Source: Takakia lepidozioides (lineage: Eukaryota; Plantae; Bryophyta). From it: 64,000 nt of DNA. Where the stretch lies: positions 40,052,001-40,116,000 of the forward strand of contig CM060733.1 of assembly GCA_030704615.1 (NCBI GenBank), read 5' to 3'. A program made the position numbers and the translations under genes. This document shows, piece after piece, positions 21,691 through 36,600 of this stretch (positions are counted from its first letter, which is position 1; every line of letters starts with the position of its first letter). A model generated the notes under the pieces. That model did not search any database. It saw nothing but the letters and a program-made list of their open reading frames with translations, and was not told the origin of the DNA.

Positions 21691-24446
21691 GAACATACTG
21701 GTGAAACACACATAGCACATGTATGTCATCCCTGCACTCACACTACAGCGGAGGGCTTCTAATTAGCTTTCGAATACAAGCAAAGTTTTAGCTGGGCAAT
21801 TGCATTTCATCCACTTGTATTGGCCAAAGAAACTGGAAATGACTCTCTTTGCTATTTGGGATGACTCTTATGCAGGCAAGCTGATGAAGTTGAGTTTGTA
21901 AGGAATGCCCAGTTCTCAATTTTTGGCCTTATTGAAGGTTTCAAAGGTTGATCTTTGCACGTTTTCATAATAGTCACAAGACCCATCACATGAGCCAATT
22001 CAGCAGTCCTCACTTCCAGCAGATCAGAGCTTGGCTTTCTGTTCGCTAGCCAAGTTTACAGGGACCATCTCACATAAAAGCGAACTGTGGACCTTACACA
22101 ACGTCACTCTAATCCAACCAGATCAAGCTGCATTCAGCTTAGTTAGAAACAGCACCAAAACCCTTCCCCACTTTGTTTTCATCTCTTCAATCTCAGCTCC
22201 TTCCTGAACTGGAAACTGCACCGAGAGACCCAGAAGATAACTTCTTCACAACACACCTGAAGCAGTTGCACTGTCCCTACGTGTCCCTAGGCGACAGTCT
22301 CTCCTAGTGCATTACTTGTAGCGATTTATTGGATACATCCCTGCCTTCGAACCTCTCTGCTAGGTTGGATTCAGATAGAATGAGATCTGCCTCATTTTTA
22401 ACCCTCCTTTGCGTGAATGGGAGATGATGCCCGCATTGACCAGACTTGTTATGGGCTCCGAATTCTTACGTTTGACATCAAACATTGGTGATGATCGTTA
22501 TGATGGTACCCCTGCTCTAGCAAACGAGAAGGAATCAAATAAACTAATGTTTGACCCCATGGGGGTGCCAAGGTCCCAGGACACATGTAGATGCCCGGTA
22601 GCCATCCGGCAGGCCAACCAGGGGCATGGCAACAGCAACAGCAAGGCCCTGACAGCAACCCCTGTCGGCAGTACCTGCTTCATCTCATCATCTTCCTTCT
22701 CGTCATGCCTACTAGCATACCATGAAGAGAGGAAAGAAACAGACAAAAGAAGCAAACAGACAAAGAATATGAACCCTTCCGTCATACCTTGATACGGAAC
22801 CCTAATGTTCTACTCTCTAGAGACCCATCGCTCTATACACTGCTTTCCAAGATTGTGATGGCGGCTCAGTTGAGTAAGGAGATTGTCATACACCGGCAGA
22901 GCATACCCTTGCAGTCACTCTCATACTTGCAAGTCTTCACCAGCAACACGGCAATGAGAGCAAAGACTCACAAGCAAGGCAGAGACCGAAAAGCAATAAA
23001 CTGCAGCCTCTAGCTCTTATCTGTGTCTTCCTCGCAGCTCACATCAAGGCCTTCCATACCCCAATGCCCGAACGCATACCATAACATCCAACAAGCAGCA
23101 AAACAAAATCAGACAAGAAAAGTGTGCGAATGTGGGGGTTGGTAGAGCCCGCCGTCTGCATCATGGCCCACTTTGGAACTTGCAACGCGGGCAGTCTTCA
23201 CCGTGCTCTGCAAGCTGCTCTATCTCGCTACACCTTCAGATCAGCCATGCCAGCCCAGCGCACCAGACGGTGGCGGCGGCAAGGCCAAACAGTCTGGAGA
23301 CGAGGAGCAGAGCAGAACACTCAGATAAGATCAAGTAGTGTGTGATACTCGGTACCCACCATCGCATTTTATAGATTTGATCTGGGTTGAGTTAGGGTTT
23401 GTGGTGCTGAGCGTGGGGTATTAAGCTTTGTTGAGCCACAAAATACCACAATGCTGCAGAGACTCTTTAGGTATACCCTGTTGGATTTCTGCCGTCTTTC
23501 CAGTCTTTGGTTGTGGATTAGTCTTAGCATAAGGCATATTACTAGATTCCCCTGAGGCTGGTGAATTCTTTGTCTATGAGGGCCTGCTGATTGCAAGGTC
23601 AGGTCTCCACCGCTGGAGGGGCTGGAAGGCGATCCTTGCCGCGATAAGATTGATGGGTTGCAATGATGTTTCAATGAAAACCCTAACTTTCAACCACAAA
23701 TTTGCAGAGTCCAGTCCATGTGCTTTGGAGACTGTTGACAAAATTGTCACCATTATGACATCAGAAGCTAAGCAAGGAGTGCAAGGACTTGCTAGTGTAG
23801 TTCACACTTTTCCGTTGCAAGCGTGACTCCTACACAACCTCTGTACTACAACTGTGAAGATCAAGCCCTCACAACATCAATGTTAAAGATGGAACCTCAT
23901 GGAATGACAACCAACATATTCATAAGCAATTATCACTATAAAATCTACGAACAAAGGCATTTCCTCAAGAATTTCTCAATGTGCGAAAGAAAAAATTGTC
24001 CGAAAACTGCACATGAGAAGGCACCCAATAAGGGCACAAAAGAGGAACTCGTGCACAGTGTCACACACAAATCATCCCAGGCTCACCTTGTTACCATAGC
24101 AAGGCCGGTATCACCTCAACTCACAATGAACCAAGCCTTGCTGGTAAGAGCGTGTTGCCGGGTTCCAAGTCTTAGATGAACATTCACCTTTTGCAATATG
24201 TAAGAAAAAAATGAGGAAGAATGTGCAAATATCATACACTTACTCAAGCTCCCAGGAATCTAGCAGCAGCCTACATTTACATGCAGAGCTCTCACACGCC
24301 TCAAGCTGGTTTCAAATCAGTGCCTTGGCAGGCTGACTTGTATGACACACGGGTGAAAGTGGGGAGGACAATAGCCATGGAGTTCTGTGGCGGGAAAGAA
24401 AGATGGGGAACGCAGGGCTCTGTATGCAAAACTGTTCAGAGTATAG

Positions 24447-25984
24447 TTAGGCCATCAAGCTGGGGTAGGAGCAAAGGTAACCAACAAGTATTCCCAGTAG
24501 GGCCCCTACACCCACTTGCAATGGTGTGTGGCCCAAGAGCTCCTTGAGCTTCTTTTCACTCAATGGATGCCCCTGGAACAAGTCCTCTACAATCATGTTC
24601 AGCACCTGCAGTCCAGTTGACTGTCGTCATCAGCCACTGATGTCTTGAGAAAGTAGTTGTACATGACAAATGTCAGTGAATGACCAAGCCTCAACAATAT
24701 TCTGCAACTGCACCAAAACAGAAAGAGTGAAAGATACCTGAATGGATGGGTTTAGCATTCATAAGCAGGATCTTGTGATTCACAATGAAGCAGAAGATCG
24801 TCCTTTCTAAATTGCTGACTGATTTAGACATGTTCAATGAGACAGGGAAGGTTAGCGTACCTGGGCCTGCCTGCCAGCATGGCGCCGGACTCCAGCGGCA
24901 TCGTACATGACAATGAGGCTGAACCCTAGGCACACCGGGAAGAGAGAGTCGCTCACTCCATGGCAAAATGCCACTGAAGTTGTTAATCCCACACACAAAG
25001 CAGAATGGGAAGAGGGCATGCCACCTGAACCTAGCAGCATCTTCAGGTCCCACTTCCTTTCCACAAAGTATGTTGTGAACACCTTCATCACCTACAAAAC
25101 TTCCTTTGATATTAGTGTTGAGGTATAACACATTAGTTGTAACATGCTTGGTAAGGGAAGTCATCTCCAGAAACAAACAAACCATATCCTTGTACGTATG
25201 AGATATCTTCATACTTGCAGTTAGAGGTAGCCAACAAAGAAGCACTGAGAAAGTCTGATTCAAGGTTAGAGGGATTTTCAGAAGAGAAAACAGCAAAGAA
25301 ACAAGAAACACTGAGTCATCTTGAACAAACAAACAAACAAAAAGTACGAGTGTTACAAATTATGGTTAACAAGACTCTGCATATTGACATACCATTACAT
25401 CAAAGTAGGTCACAAAAGTAACAAGGTACCTTCAGGTTTTTGACGATACCTGTGCTATAGCCCAAGCAAAGAGACCTGACATAAACGTAGGGTTTGCTCG
25501 CAGTGTCAGCAACAGAGGACTTATTCGATCTTTGGCAATCATTGAGGTGCTGAGCAATGCCATCCCCAACCCTCCTTGCTGCAACATCATACTAGTGAAT
25601 CCCTTCTCCCAGTCTGCTTCTTGGCCTGTGGTATCTCTTTTTTGGTGCTTTCCCGACATCTCCATTTTGCCCCATTGCAATCTCTTTCTCAACACAGATA
25701 GAAACAAAGCTGCTTGTGAGAGTACAAGAGCACTTGCTGCAAGTAGGAAGAAAGAAAGGCCAGTTGGAAGAAGAGAGGGTTTCCCATCCATCTGAATATC
25801 TCCTGCCATATCCTCTGATTCTTCTGCCCTGTTGCTATAACCGTGGCTTTGGCAAAGAGGTCGAAAATCCCCAGTCCTTGGTAGCATCTCGTACTGCCAG
25901 CTACGACCACTGCTCTTCTGTATCCTTTGACCAGTATTGTAGAACTTCAGCTGCAGATTGCTGGATTCTGCAACCCTGGCTAAC
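24447..25984 (-). CDS. DUF212 / acid phosphatase-vanadium haloperoxidase-related membrane protein (5' end uncertain)
   Basis: Exons ~25450-25984, 24861-25091 and 24447-24605 with GT-AG boundaries. Motifs NPTFMSGLFAWAIAQ|VMKVF, SGGMPSSHSA, VMYDAAGVRRHAG.QA and LKELLGHTPLQVGVGALLG. Confidence 0.9.
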
Positions 25985-28900
25985 TGCATTCACAGATTGT
26001 GATTTACACAGTTAATCTATGGAGCGATGGGCCTACTGGCAAGCCAGAACTAAGAGCTTTAAGAATCAGTACAACAAATCCCTCCAGAAAAGAGATCTCA
26101 TCTTTAGAATCAGTTGCTGAAGGAAAATAATTTCTGGAACTCCCTACAGGCAATTACTGTACAACTGCCTTATAGACTGTATTCTCAGACTGCAAGTGTA
26201 TGGCTATCCTTTATTAAGCCAACAAGAGGCCTGTCTGCATTTTTCCACCACTTGTGAGCCTCAGAGCCCCTGTTATAATAACCCCGAGAAAGAGCTTGCA
26301 AAACCCTTATACTGAAGGAGATGAACATCTCCATATGTCCAAGCCTCATGCAAAACTGACCAAGGTAAGTACATGATGAATGCATCTCTTACCCTGTGGA
26401 CGTTGCAAAGATCATCCCTCTTTCTCTCTCTCTCTCTCTCTCCCCTGAAATGTCGAGCTGACATACAGTAGCCGACGTCAAGGGAGGGGTCAATTGCAAA
26501 ATCCCCTCTACACACACACAGCCATGCCACCCTTCTTTCCATTTCTGAAGCGCAAGCATCAGGTGCTCACTGGAACGGACCAGCACTCGGGAAGCATACG
26601 GACATCCCCTCTCATCAAAGGTTTCAGTATGTAGAAGGAGGACCGAGATTGCACCCAGCACTTCACCCCCATTGGTGCAGCTGGTGGTGGCTGTGGTAGC
26701 TTGGAAGCTCTAGGATTTGTATATTCACAAGCATCATCCCCATCAAAATGTAATTCCCCTCTTCTGCCAGCGATCCGCAACAAAGCCAGGGTCACAAATT
26801 TCAGTGTTCCAAGCAACGAAAACAACACCAACCAAGACGGGCGTATCTTTCTAATGGCACCACCTCCTCTAAATTATATTGAACTACACCATCTGCGAGC
26901 TTCCTCCAAGAACACTGACCTGAAGTCCATAGCCTTCGTGAATGGCAGAAGGGAATGCAGGCCACCGCCTTTGAGAGAGTAACGAGAACCCGGTCCTTCG
27001 GAAACACACGCACGCCATAGTCTCCAGACCTTTAGCAACGCTCGCTGCTATCTCATGTTAGCGCCATGGTGAGCATCCACCTTACACGCGCTTCCGGTAT
27101 GCACAGATAGGAACCCAAAATCACAGCTCCATGCAAATGAGAGACCGAGTGGCCCAATCACCCCTGCAGCAAACCCACGAAGAAATGAAGCCCAAAACCG
27201 ATACCAGAGATGCAAAAACTTGAGCCGCACTTTATCCATCGCCAAAAGTGAGATCCTTCAATCTTATTCCATTTGGACTCGGATACACTACTCGAATTCC
27301 TGAGTAGCACCGACGGGAATATCCATTCATTCCCGAAATGCTCTCCGACGTGGACGCTGGAATGTTTGAACGAAGACCAACTTAAAGCGGGACCAACGTC
27401 TTTGGCAGACCACAGAAGTAAACCTCTGTCGATGAGCACAACAACCGAGCATTGATGGGTTTCTGATGTGTGTAGGTGGGTAGGATCTGGATGTGCAAGC
27501 TGAACTGACAAGCGGAACGTAGAGAAATTCTTCCAATTATCGATGGGTTAGTAGCATAGATGGCTGGGGGAGACAACAACACATGGATTGGAGGTGAATG
27601 AAGGGGGCAGTGCGATTTGCAAGAGAGTGATCTTTGTGAAGGGCACGTGGTTTCCAGCGTGCCTGGACCTTACATGGAATTGTTGCGAGCTACCTTCACC
27701 ATTTTTTGTCTTTCCGAATGTTCTACTCTTCAAGGCCTAGTTTAAGTGGGCTGGACTGCACATGCTGATGCCGCTTTTGCTGCAGACAGCAATTGAGTCT
27801 GTGTACTCGTAAGTGTAATGCCTTGCGTTTACAACAGATGCCGCACTCTGGCTGTTGAGTATTGACCTTGCGCTACGTAACCCTTCTGTGTGGATAACAA
27901 ATTTCCAGCTCTCAACTGCCATTAGTGTCTCGTTTGCCTTTACTTATTGGTTAAACCGAAGTAAAGTCAATGAGATAGATGGACATCTACTGAGAGACCG
28001 TTTTGTGAAGTTGGGTCCGTCAGTCAAGCCTGTGATCAGATTGCAGTCAGCTGTGCACGAGATGTTTAGCGTCTTTCAGGCTGAGTTTCATGAACCCTAG
28101 CAGGTAAGCACTAAGCACCCCCAACCCTCAATGGTCTATGTGTCTCTCTCTCGTCATGTTTTTAGGCCCTACATGTAGTTCCCTTTATAAATTTTGATTT
28201 CTGCCTAGTTCAATCCAATTCTTTGAGCTGATAACATAAGCCCATATTGTACTCCCCCTGGCCCAAGGAACGGATTGGCCAGATCCTCAAACCCTGTTAC
28301 TTACTCAAGTGCCATGCACAGGATTTGAAGAGTCCATCTGGGGCTCTGAAAAAGTTTGATATGATTGTTTCAAGATATGATTGGCTGCTGAGTCTGAGGA
28401 AGTGACAGAGAGCTTGCATGAGAGTGACATTGAGAATGCGGGGCGAATGTAATGGAGACCACTTCGCATCTTTCATATGCAAACTTAATCAGTACGGAAA
28501 TAACAAGTGCCTCCAAAGAAGGGAGTGGGACGACAGATGTGGAGCATGAAGATGACACAGCTGATAAGAACCAAACTCTGAACAAGAAGGATGTCAATAG
28601 GAGGGGATTAGAAAGTATACTCAAGGACAGTCTGAGAATGTTGTAGGCCCTGCCCTTCTTGATGATCAGGTTATACAAGCCTCCCCTGAAAATGGCATTG
28701 CTTCTGGAGATCCCATGCTTGGATTGTCAGCAAATGACGCAATTATTTCAGAGGTGTAAGGATAACTTGTTACATCCAATAGATCGCATTATCACCTACC
28801 TCCCTTTCCTCCAAGCTCTTCACTCCAAGGGGCATATTTGCATGCTTGGCATTATTTGCCCAGTGTATCTCATGGGGTACACTATGGAAGGATCTATTGC

Positions 28901-29693
28901 CCCTACATTTTTGGCCAAGGCCTCAATTTCCAAGGGATTTTCAAAAAATCTTTTGAAATGGTAGCAAAATATATGTTATTTCTGGCCCGCTATAGCACCC
29001 ATTCGGTGATCCCTGTTTATGACCACAAGTAACCGTGCATGAAATCATAAGGAAAGTGGGTAGCCCTTCTGTCTAGATACCCAGTTTGAGGAAGGCCCTG
29101 TGATGTGCACCCAGTGTTGTGCTTCTCATGAGCACAAAAGGATCATCTATGCTCCAAGCAGAGATCAAAATAACAGAATGTCCTCAGAAGATGTTTGCCG
29201 TGGCCTTGTGGCCATTGACCCCGCGCCCAGAACACAAAGGTACAGAAACTACCTTTGTCCGGGGCTGACGCTGGTAGTATGACTTGAAACAACCAATTGA
29301 ACCGAGTTAAACATCAATCTGCTGTGTGTGATTTTCCCAATACCCAGACCCCAAAAGGGCCTGGGGATCAAAATAAGAGAGGGACAGGAGGTGTGAATGT
29401 AGGTCGCCCAGTCACCTCAAACTGGCAGTAGACAGCCATTGAGGGACACTGACCTATAAACCAGTCCATGAACTGCGGCAACTACGACATGTTGGGTAAG
29501 AATGGCTTCCAAATGAGGAAGAATGATAAACAATATTTGAAGAGACCCACATAAAACTGTTAAAGATTCATTAAGGGAAGAACCTTCTTTGTTGTGGAGG
29601 AGAAACATACGATGGGAACAATGATCCCATCACATCAGACAGAACAATGTGAGTTCAAAAGGTAATGCTCCTGCACTTACCAACAAAAAAAAG

Positions 29694-32168
29694 TCAGACA
29701 ATATCTGCCAGGCATCCCAACTTACAAATTGGCCGGAAGTCAATGATATGGCTATGGGACAGGAAACAAAAGCCAAATCGACCGCTTGCATACTGCCACA
29801 CGCGGCCCTCAATGTTCTGCCTCACAGACTGTAGGTTGACATAGATGCCAGAATGGTCTACATTGGGGGTTGTACAAAGCATGCTCACAACCTCCTCATC
29901 AAAACATAAGTTGGATTCTCCACCAAAATTTGGCTGGTAATGACCCCGACTCTCGTATGATTCTTGCTCAGTTGCTGGCAGTGGGGCCATGATGCTGGAC
30001 GCCAATCTAGCTGTCCAGTAGATAGAACCACTGCGAGCGGTGCCAGAAGAGTCACCCACCTTCCGGCAGACAATGCCACCCTGTTCATCGTAAGAAAGCA
30101 AAACGAAGTCCAGGCCCATTGAGCCACATATGCCCTGTAACCACACAAGCTCTTTTAAGTACTGAAGTCAGGCTACCACTGAAAAAAAGCAGTCACCCCC
30201 ATAATGGAGAAGGGGGCTGTTAATCACCCAATGTACTCGATGCCCCCAGTACCCTATCTCCCTCCTCTCTCTATCCCAGTGGTCCCTACAGTGCCACTGG
30301 AACTCTTACATCGACCATGTATGTCACATACATATCAGTGATTGAATATACATGAGGAGTTTCTAGAATGGTGTCTATGCAAAACATGCACTAATCGCAC
30401 ACTTCGGATTGTGCGTGCCATGAAAACAAAAACCGCGGAAGCAGCCAAAAACATAAATCACCTTCCAAAGGCCTTGAAGTGGACGTGTGGAAGTTGGGGA
30501 GCAGTTCAAAATTTTGACGAAATGCTCCGGCTCGCAAGGGCGCCTTCCTTGACTGAGGGCACGATCCCTATCCCTTCGCCGCTGTTTACGGGCAGCACGA
30601 TGACTGCCTGGGCTAGTCACCTTTCTCGCCAGAAACTGGTACATTTCATAGGGGAAGCTTCCTGGGGGACTCAGCCCTGCCTCTGACCCTCCCGAGCTTG
30701 TTCCATGGCTTGCCAAAGCCTCTGGCATCATAAACCCAGCTATGTTTTCGCTCGACCCAAAGGAAGCAAGGGCTGCTGCTTCTACTAAAAACTTCTTACC
30801 AGAGAGTGGATAACCAGTAAATGGAGGCTGTTGCGGTTCTTCCATAACAATGTGATGTTTTCCAACAAAATGCACATCCACTACCACTAGTCCAGCTGGA
30901 GCTGACTGCTCCAAGTCCCAGTCTTGTCCCAATGCAGGAAATGGGCTCTTCCCTGCAACCAAGCAGGTGGAGGGAGGGACACATCATTAGACTTAGCTTG
31001 CTGTAGCCTTGTGAGCATAACCCTATGCCCAAGGTTGGTTAAGAGTTCTAGATGATTTTACCGTCCAGATTTTCTATATCATGACATCCACTTGATGCTA
31101 GTACTCACCACAGAAAACACACTCAAAGAGCCCATAGATCATGCGTAGCATGAACGACCTAGATGCACTCCCTGTCAATGTCATCCGACACCTTCAAGCA
31201 ACTGCTTATCCCACACAATACGAAAAATTTACCTCTAACAGCATTGCTTCCTTCCTCCCTGGAGAGGACTGGAATTTGTAGGGGTTGAGAAATTGGTCGG
31301 CTCTCCCCAGATGGCCTCGCTTCCGAAGAGCTGGAATCCCTATTGACCAGTATCCTGGCAGCCCATTCTGGATCCATCAAGCAAATGGGCCTACCTTCAA
31401 CTGCCACCATGATCCAGACAAAGGGAATTTTGCACACCATGTAGCTTCCTGGACAGGAAGGCATAATTCGGAAGCCCGCCATGTAGTAGGGTCCCCATTC
31501 AAACACAATTAGAGATCCGTGGCCACCACTCTCGACTCCTCTCCAAAACCCTACCAGATTTTCGAGACGTGAAAGTACAGAGTAGAGGACCTTGAAAGGC
31601 ACGCGCCCACTCGGACCCCAGTCCCGAACCCGTGTACACTCACCCCACCTCCGTTCACACATTGGCATCCATACCTGATTTCAGCAAGTGTCATGGTTTC
31701 TCTTAGAACAAGTATCCTGCAGCCTACCAGCTCTCTCTCTCTTCTGCCCTCCCCTCCTCTTTCTTACCTTCTCTTTCTCTGTGAATTGACACAAGTTATT
31801 TTCATACTGGATCTCAGGTCACTGGCATTCATCCAGTGGTTTCATAGAGGCCTTTGCATTTCTGGATACGTGCCCTTCATTTAACTCCATTAAATTCCTC
31901 CTTCAAGTCCCTCATTCTGGATTGAAAATGAAGAACTACAGCAGGTAGTATTTTGTCATACCTTGTGGTCATCCTGGCAGAGCTTTCGCAGACGCTGGCT
32001 CACGCATGTGCAGGCAGCAATGTCGGAAGGTGAAAGGAAGGACAAAATTGTTGAGAGAACATCGTTGCCAACATCATACAAACTCCCGTTACTCTTCTCG
32101 TCTTCTTCTTTCATTTCTTCAGTTTTGTCATCAATGGTGAATCCCGCCAAGCTTACTTCTACATCCAT
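29694..32168 (-). CDS. F-box protein, similar to the Arabidopsis At3g12350 type
   Basis: F-box (LYDVGNDVLSTILSFLSPSDIAACTCVSQRLRKLC..D.|VW..MCERRWG), then LVGFWRG, PPGSFPYEMYQFL and EHFVKI...PT..RPLQGLWK|GIC. About four coding exons; start codon uncertain. Confidence 0.82.
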
Positions 32169-33602
32169 GAATCCAGAGGCAGAGGCTACTACCTGGGATT
32201 TTATAGAAAACCTATGGCGCACCATCAACAAATCATTCTCCCAATCCAGTTTTGCATCCTCCGAAGTCACTCTCTCTCTCACACACACACACACCTGGTG
32301 CCTATAATAGACGCAACATAGTTATTTCTTCTTGATTTGCTTCGGAGTCAGCACTTCAATAAGGTTTTGAAGTCACTATGGACAGAGCTAATGGAAAATT
32401 CGCAATTTTTCACAAAGCCCTACATACATCGGCAGCTGAGAGGTCGCAGATTGGTAGTCAAGACCCACTCTGGATGAGAGATCGTGGAAAACCCAAATAG
32501 TGTGCACCTGAATCGGCAAACCCACATTGCAGGCAGCAAAGAATGGAAAGAAAACAGGTCGAATAGGATACCCAAAATAGATTACAACCCCATCAGTGAT
32601 ATCACTCCGAGAAGTCCGCTGAATAGCAGATGCCAAAATCCAAGTTTTAAGTTTTTTGGGTCATATACTTCTACAGAAGAAGTGCAGCTTTGTGATGCAG
32701 AGAGGGCGACAGCACAATCACCTTGAATACTTCGTGGCTCAAAACCCCACGCCAGAAAGAGAGAGTGTCTATCTGTTCTAAACCCCGACCGAATCGCCAA
32801 AGACAGGAGCGAGAGAGAAGGGTCAGCTAGATCGATCTAACTGTGCAGGCACGATTCACAACCATCTGAAGACCTGCTAACACTCAAACAACACGCAATT
32901 CTTGGTAGCAGAAGTGGCTTAAGCCTAGAGCATCCCCGAAAGGTTGCAAGGCGCCACAGTGACCCGTCGTCTTCTTCGTCTTCTTCTAGGAAACTGGGCT
33001 CTGGCGCGGCAGCGTCTGCTCTCCTCGCATGCTTTACGGACACTTCTCGTGCTTGTGTCGTGTCCATTTGCCAACGTATTTCTTTCTCTTGACAGACAAC
33101 AATTTTGTGTTCTGCGTTTCACATCCAAGCGGCTCCGGTAGTAGTGCACATCGTACCCCCCACCCCGTGAAAATCAAGTCTGTGCGAGCTGAGTTTGTCA
33201 AGCACTCTGATGTCCCTCCAAGTTCTTAGATATGTGGACAAGGGGAGATTGTCGCACAACTCTTGGATTACTTGCTTTGGCTGGCATCATCATGCTTGGC
33301 CCTCATATTGTTGGCCCACATCAACACCAACACCATTCTTGAATTAGTCCTGTCATCGTGTGTACAGTACCATGTCACCGGTGAATTTTTTTGAAAGATA
33401 TTTGGTGCATGATAATCTACGAAGGACTACATAAAGATAGAGTTGGTTTCTTGGAAAGTACTAGCCAACAATGTATGACCACGACTTGAAAACTAAGGGC
33501 ATTATCAAAATCCCAAGTCTATGCTACCTCTACACCTCTCCCCTCCTGTACTTCAACAGTTGTGATCCTTTGTCAACTTCCCTAATTCTGGAATTTACCC
33601 TC

Positions 33603-36600
33603 TTATGCACCCAACAACTTCTTGACCTCCTCCTGCATTTCACATAGGCAACACAACAGTGCAATTGTTAGGCTGGATTCCTGTATCTGAGAAAGGGCTT
33701 ACTTTTCAGACTCCCAGCTTCGCCTTTACATCTCTCGAAAAGGGACAAGCAATCTTTTGCAAAACTTGATTTTGATGGCATAGGAAGGGAACGCAGAATC
33801 ACAGAAGAAGATAATGTACTCATAAGCTTGCTGTTATTTTGTCATAGCCCTGCACCCAGTTTGGACGGAACAAGAAGGAACAGACACTAGCTTTGTGAGG
33901 GGCTCACCACAGTAGTGGGACTTATCTTGATATAAACAATTGGTTTGGCCTTTCCAGATCTCTGGAAAGCCCTTCACACACAAGCATCAATCTGCTGTGG
34001 GTGATCTGCCCAGCAGTTAGACCCTAAAAGGGCCAGGGCTTTAGGCTTAGCCACAAGATTTAGAGCAGGGACTAACTGAAGAGGGTTGCTGTCTGGTGAG
34101 AATACCCCGGACATTTTATCAGAAAGTGGCTATCGGGCTGTCTGCATATCGGGCTTTGACAGTCTTCTTTTCATCTCTGCATCTGTTTATTGTCCCCGCC
34201 CTGAGTTTAAACTCCAGTCATAGGCAAAGGAGATTCTCTCTACCTCGAGCTTCAAGGGAGAAGTTGTGGGAGGATAGCGCTCCACTGTTACACCGTCCTT
34301 GTCAATAAGAAACTTGGCAAAGTTCCACTTGATGTCGTCACTGGTCGACTTCAGAAATTTGTACACAGGTGCTTCGTTTGGCCCATTCACATCAACCTGC
34401 AAAGAAGACAATACAAGATTGTCAGGGACTGAGGACATCCAAATCTTCCGAGACTCACAATGCATAGTTTGCATTTGACAACTCACTCATCAGTCATCCA
34501 GAAAGGGGCTTGACCTGTAAGATAATCTGGAAGGGGGATCAAAAGATTACTGGACTGATTCCAGCAGTGTCCGATGTCGACAATTCCTTATCCAACCTGA
34601 ACTGTCAAAGTCTATCTGCACACTTTCTGATGAACCTACAGTGTTTGCACCTTCTGGGTTATTTCTATGTAGCTGTAAAGAATGAACTTCCAGAGGGCGA
34701 GCCATAATTGGAAAAGTTCATTCATGGAAGGCACGAAGGGTTTCGCATGCCGGTAATTGCAAAAACGAGGTCAAACAACCTCTCACTACTCGAAATTGTG
34801 AATATCACTAATCTGCATGGAGCAGGAAAGAGGGGAAAATTTGTTGGGCACTTGTGTGAAATCCCATGTTCCTTCCACACAATTGGCAGCATTGAGGGAG
34901 GAGCTCAAGCAAGAGTTTGAGGCAAGAATTGCCACTGAGTGTGCAAATAAGGTGGATGTGGAGGCCAACCATAAGTTGCAGAAAGAGTTGGAGGACGCTT
35001 AGTCTGCCCTACAGTTTGCAAAGGAAAACCTGATTGAAGCAGGTCTGGAGAGATCATTCAATGACTCTTCACTGTAAAGATGGTTATAGCACCCCTTGAG
35101 GGCTGTCAATGGAGGGTCCTTATCCTCCTGGAGCTTGTCATGGGTTTTGAGATATACAACTGTTACTCCTATCACTTGTGCAAAACCTATGTCAATCCAA
35201 TTTCGCCAGTCTAGTGAGAATAACTCTAGAGAGTATAATATTGATTCCTACTCAGAAGTGCAAAAGGCTCCATGTTTTGCACTTCAAGTCACACTGTAGC
35301 ACTAACAGGTCAGAAGAAGGGGGCGCACCTTGTCAAAGATAGGGAATTCCGCCTTGAATCTACTGCAAGCAAACTCCTTAATTTGTTCATTTGTTCCAGG
35401 CTCCTGCCCTCCGAATTGGTTCGATGGGAATGCCAAGATTTCAAAACCTACACTAGGCCCACTTTCTAATAAGCAATGCTGCCAAAAGTGAAAGAACACA
35501 AATGTGCATGCATAATCGGAAAACCCAACAATTTAAGTATGAGGATGAGATGGAGAGGTGAGGTGCTCTTTAGAGTTTGCTGAGAGGAGAAAGAGGTGGT
35601 TGTAGACTGACCGACTGTTCAGATTTGCTTATGTGGCAACAGAATGTCAGCACTCATTTTCTCCTGCTGAAAATATGTGCAGAAGCTGTAGGAAGTCAAG
35701 TGTCTGACACAAAATAGGAATTACAACAGTTTCACATCTCGGGAAAATGAGAAAGAAACAAGCCTCTTACCATTGCCCTTGTACTTGTTATACAGCTCAG
35801 TGAGCTCTGTGTAGTTGGTCTGTGTCAACCCACTGTTGTCCCCACCCAACAACCCCACAGCCTGTCACCTATTGATCATCTCTGAGATCCTTGATTCTAC
35901 TGAGTGAAGCCAACCTGCACCCTTCCCCAGGGTGCCCGAACCCTTTGCATCCAAGATTTCAATCATTAAGTGGAGAGCTGGTGTCATTAGATTTGCAAGG
36001 GGAGCTTAATGAAAGAGCCCTTTGCATCACATGTGAAACTACAAAGCCTGTCATATTGGAGTACATATGGACATTGGGTCCTTTCAATCATGCTGAAGCG
36101 TCAACACACTCATGCACATGCTTTCACTGGAAATGGTGAATGCCCATTCACATCCAGTAGAAACCACAAGGGAATTAATGGAAAACATGGTCACTTTATT
36201 TGTCTACTGAGGCAAACTCTGCCATTGTGCATCACAGAGATAGCAACAGACCAATGATGCAGAAGATGGATGAAGGAAAGACAGATACCATCGGGAGGCG
36301 ACATTCACAACCAGTAACACTTTGCCCTTGTAAATGCTCAAATCCACATCGTTGCCAGCATTGTCCTGCACCCAAACATTTGAAGTCTCAGCAAGATTAT
36401 AGTGCAGGTCACATAGGACAAAAGAAATATCGGTAACCGATTGATGAGAGCTCCTTGATACATCCTACTACCAATTTCACAGCAATTGAACTACATTTAT
36501 TCATCGAGAGGAGTAGTTTAGAAGCACAGTGAACTGACCACGGGTTATATCAAGCACGGATGAAACAAACAAATTCATTTTCCCTGGCATTATCTAAGCG

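Noticed and set aside
22400-23350. Possible signal peptide or Cys-rich ectodomain belonging to the WAK-like kinase
   Set aside because: Too degenerate; no clear GUB_WAK or EGF Cys pattern in one frame.
26185-29650. Many short ORFs between the DUF212 and F-box genes
   Set aside because: No recognisable domain or consistent exon chain; some may be upstream exons or UTRs, but I cannot support a call.
26420-32295. (CT)n and (CA)n microsatellites at ~26420, ~26510 and ~32270
   Set aside because: Ordinary short simple repeats near gene 5' regions.
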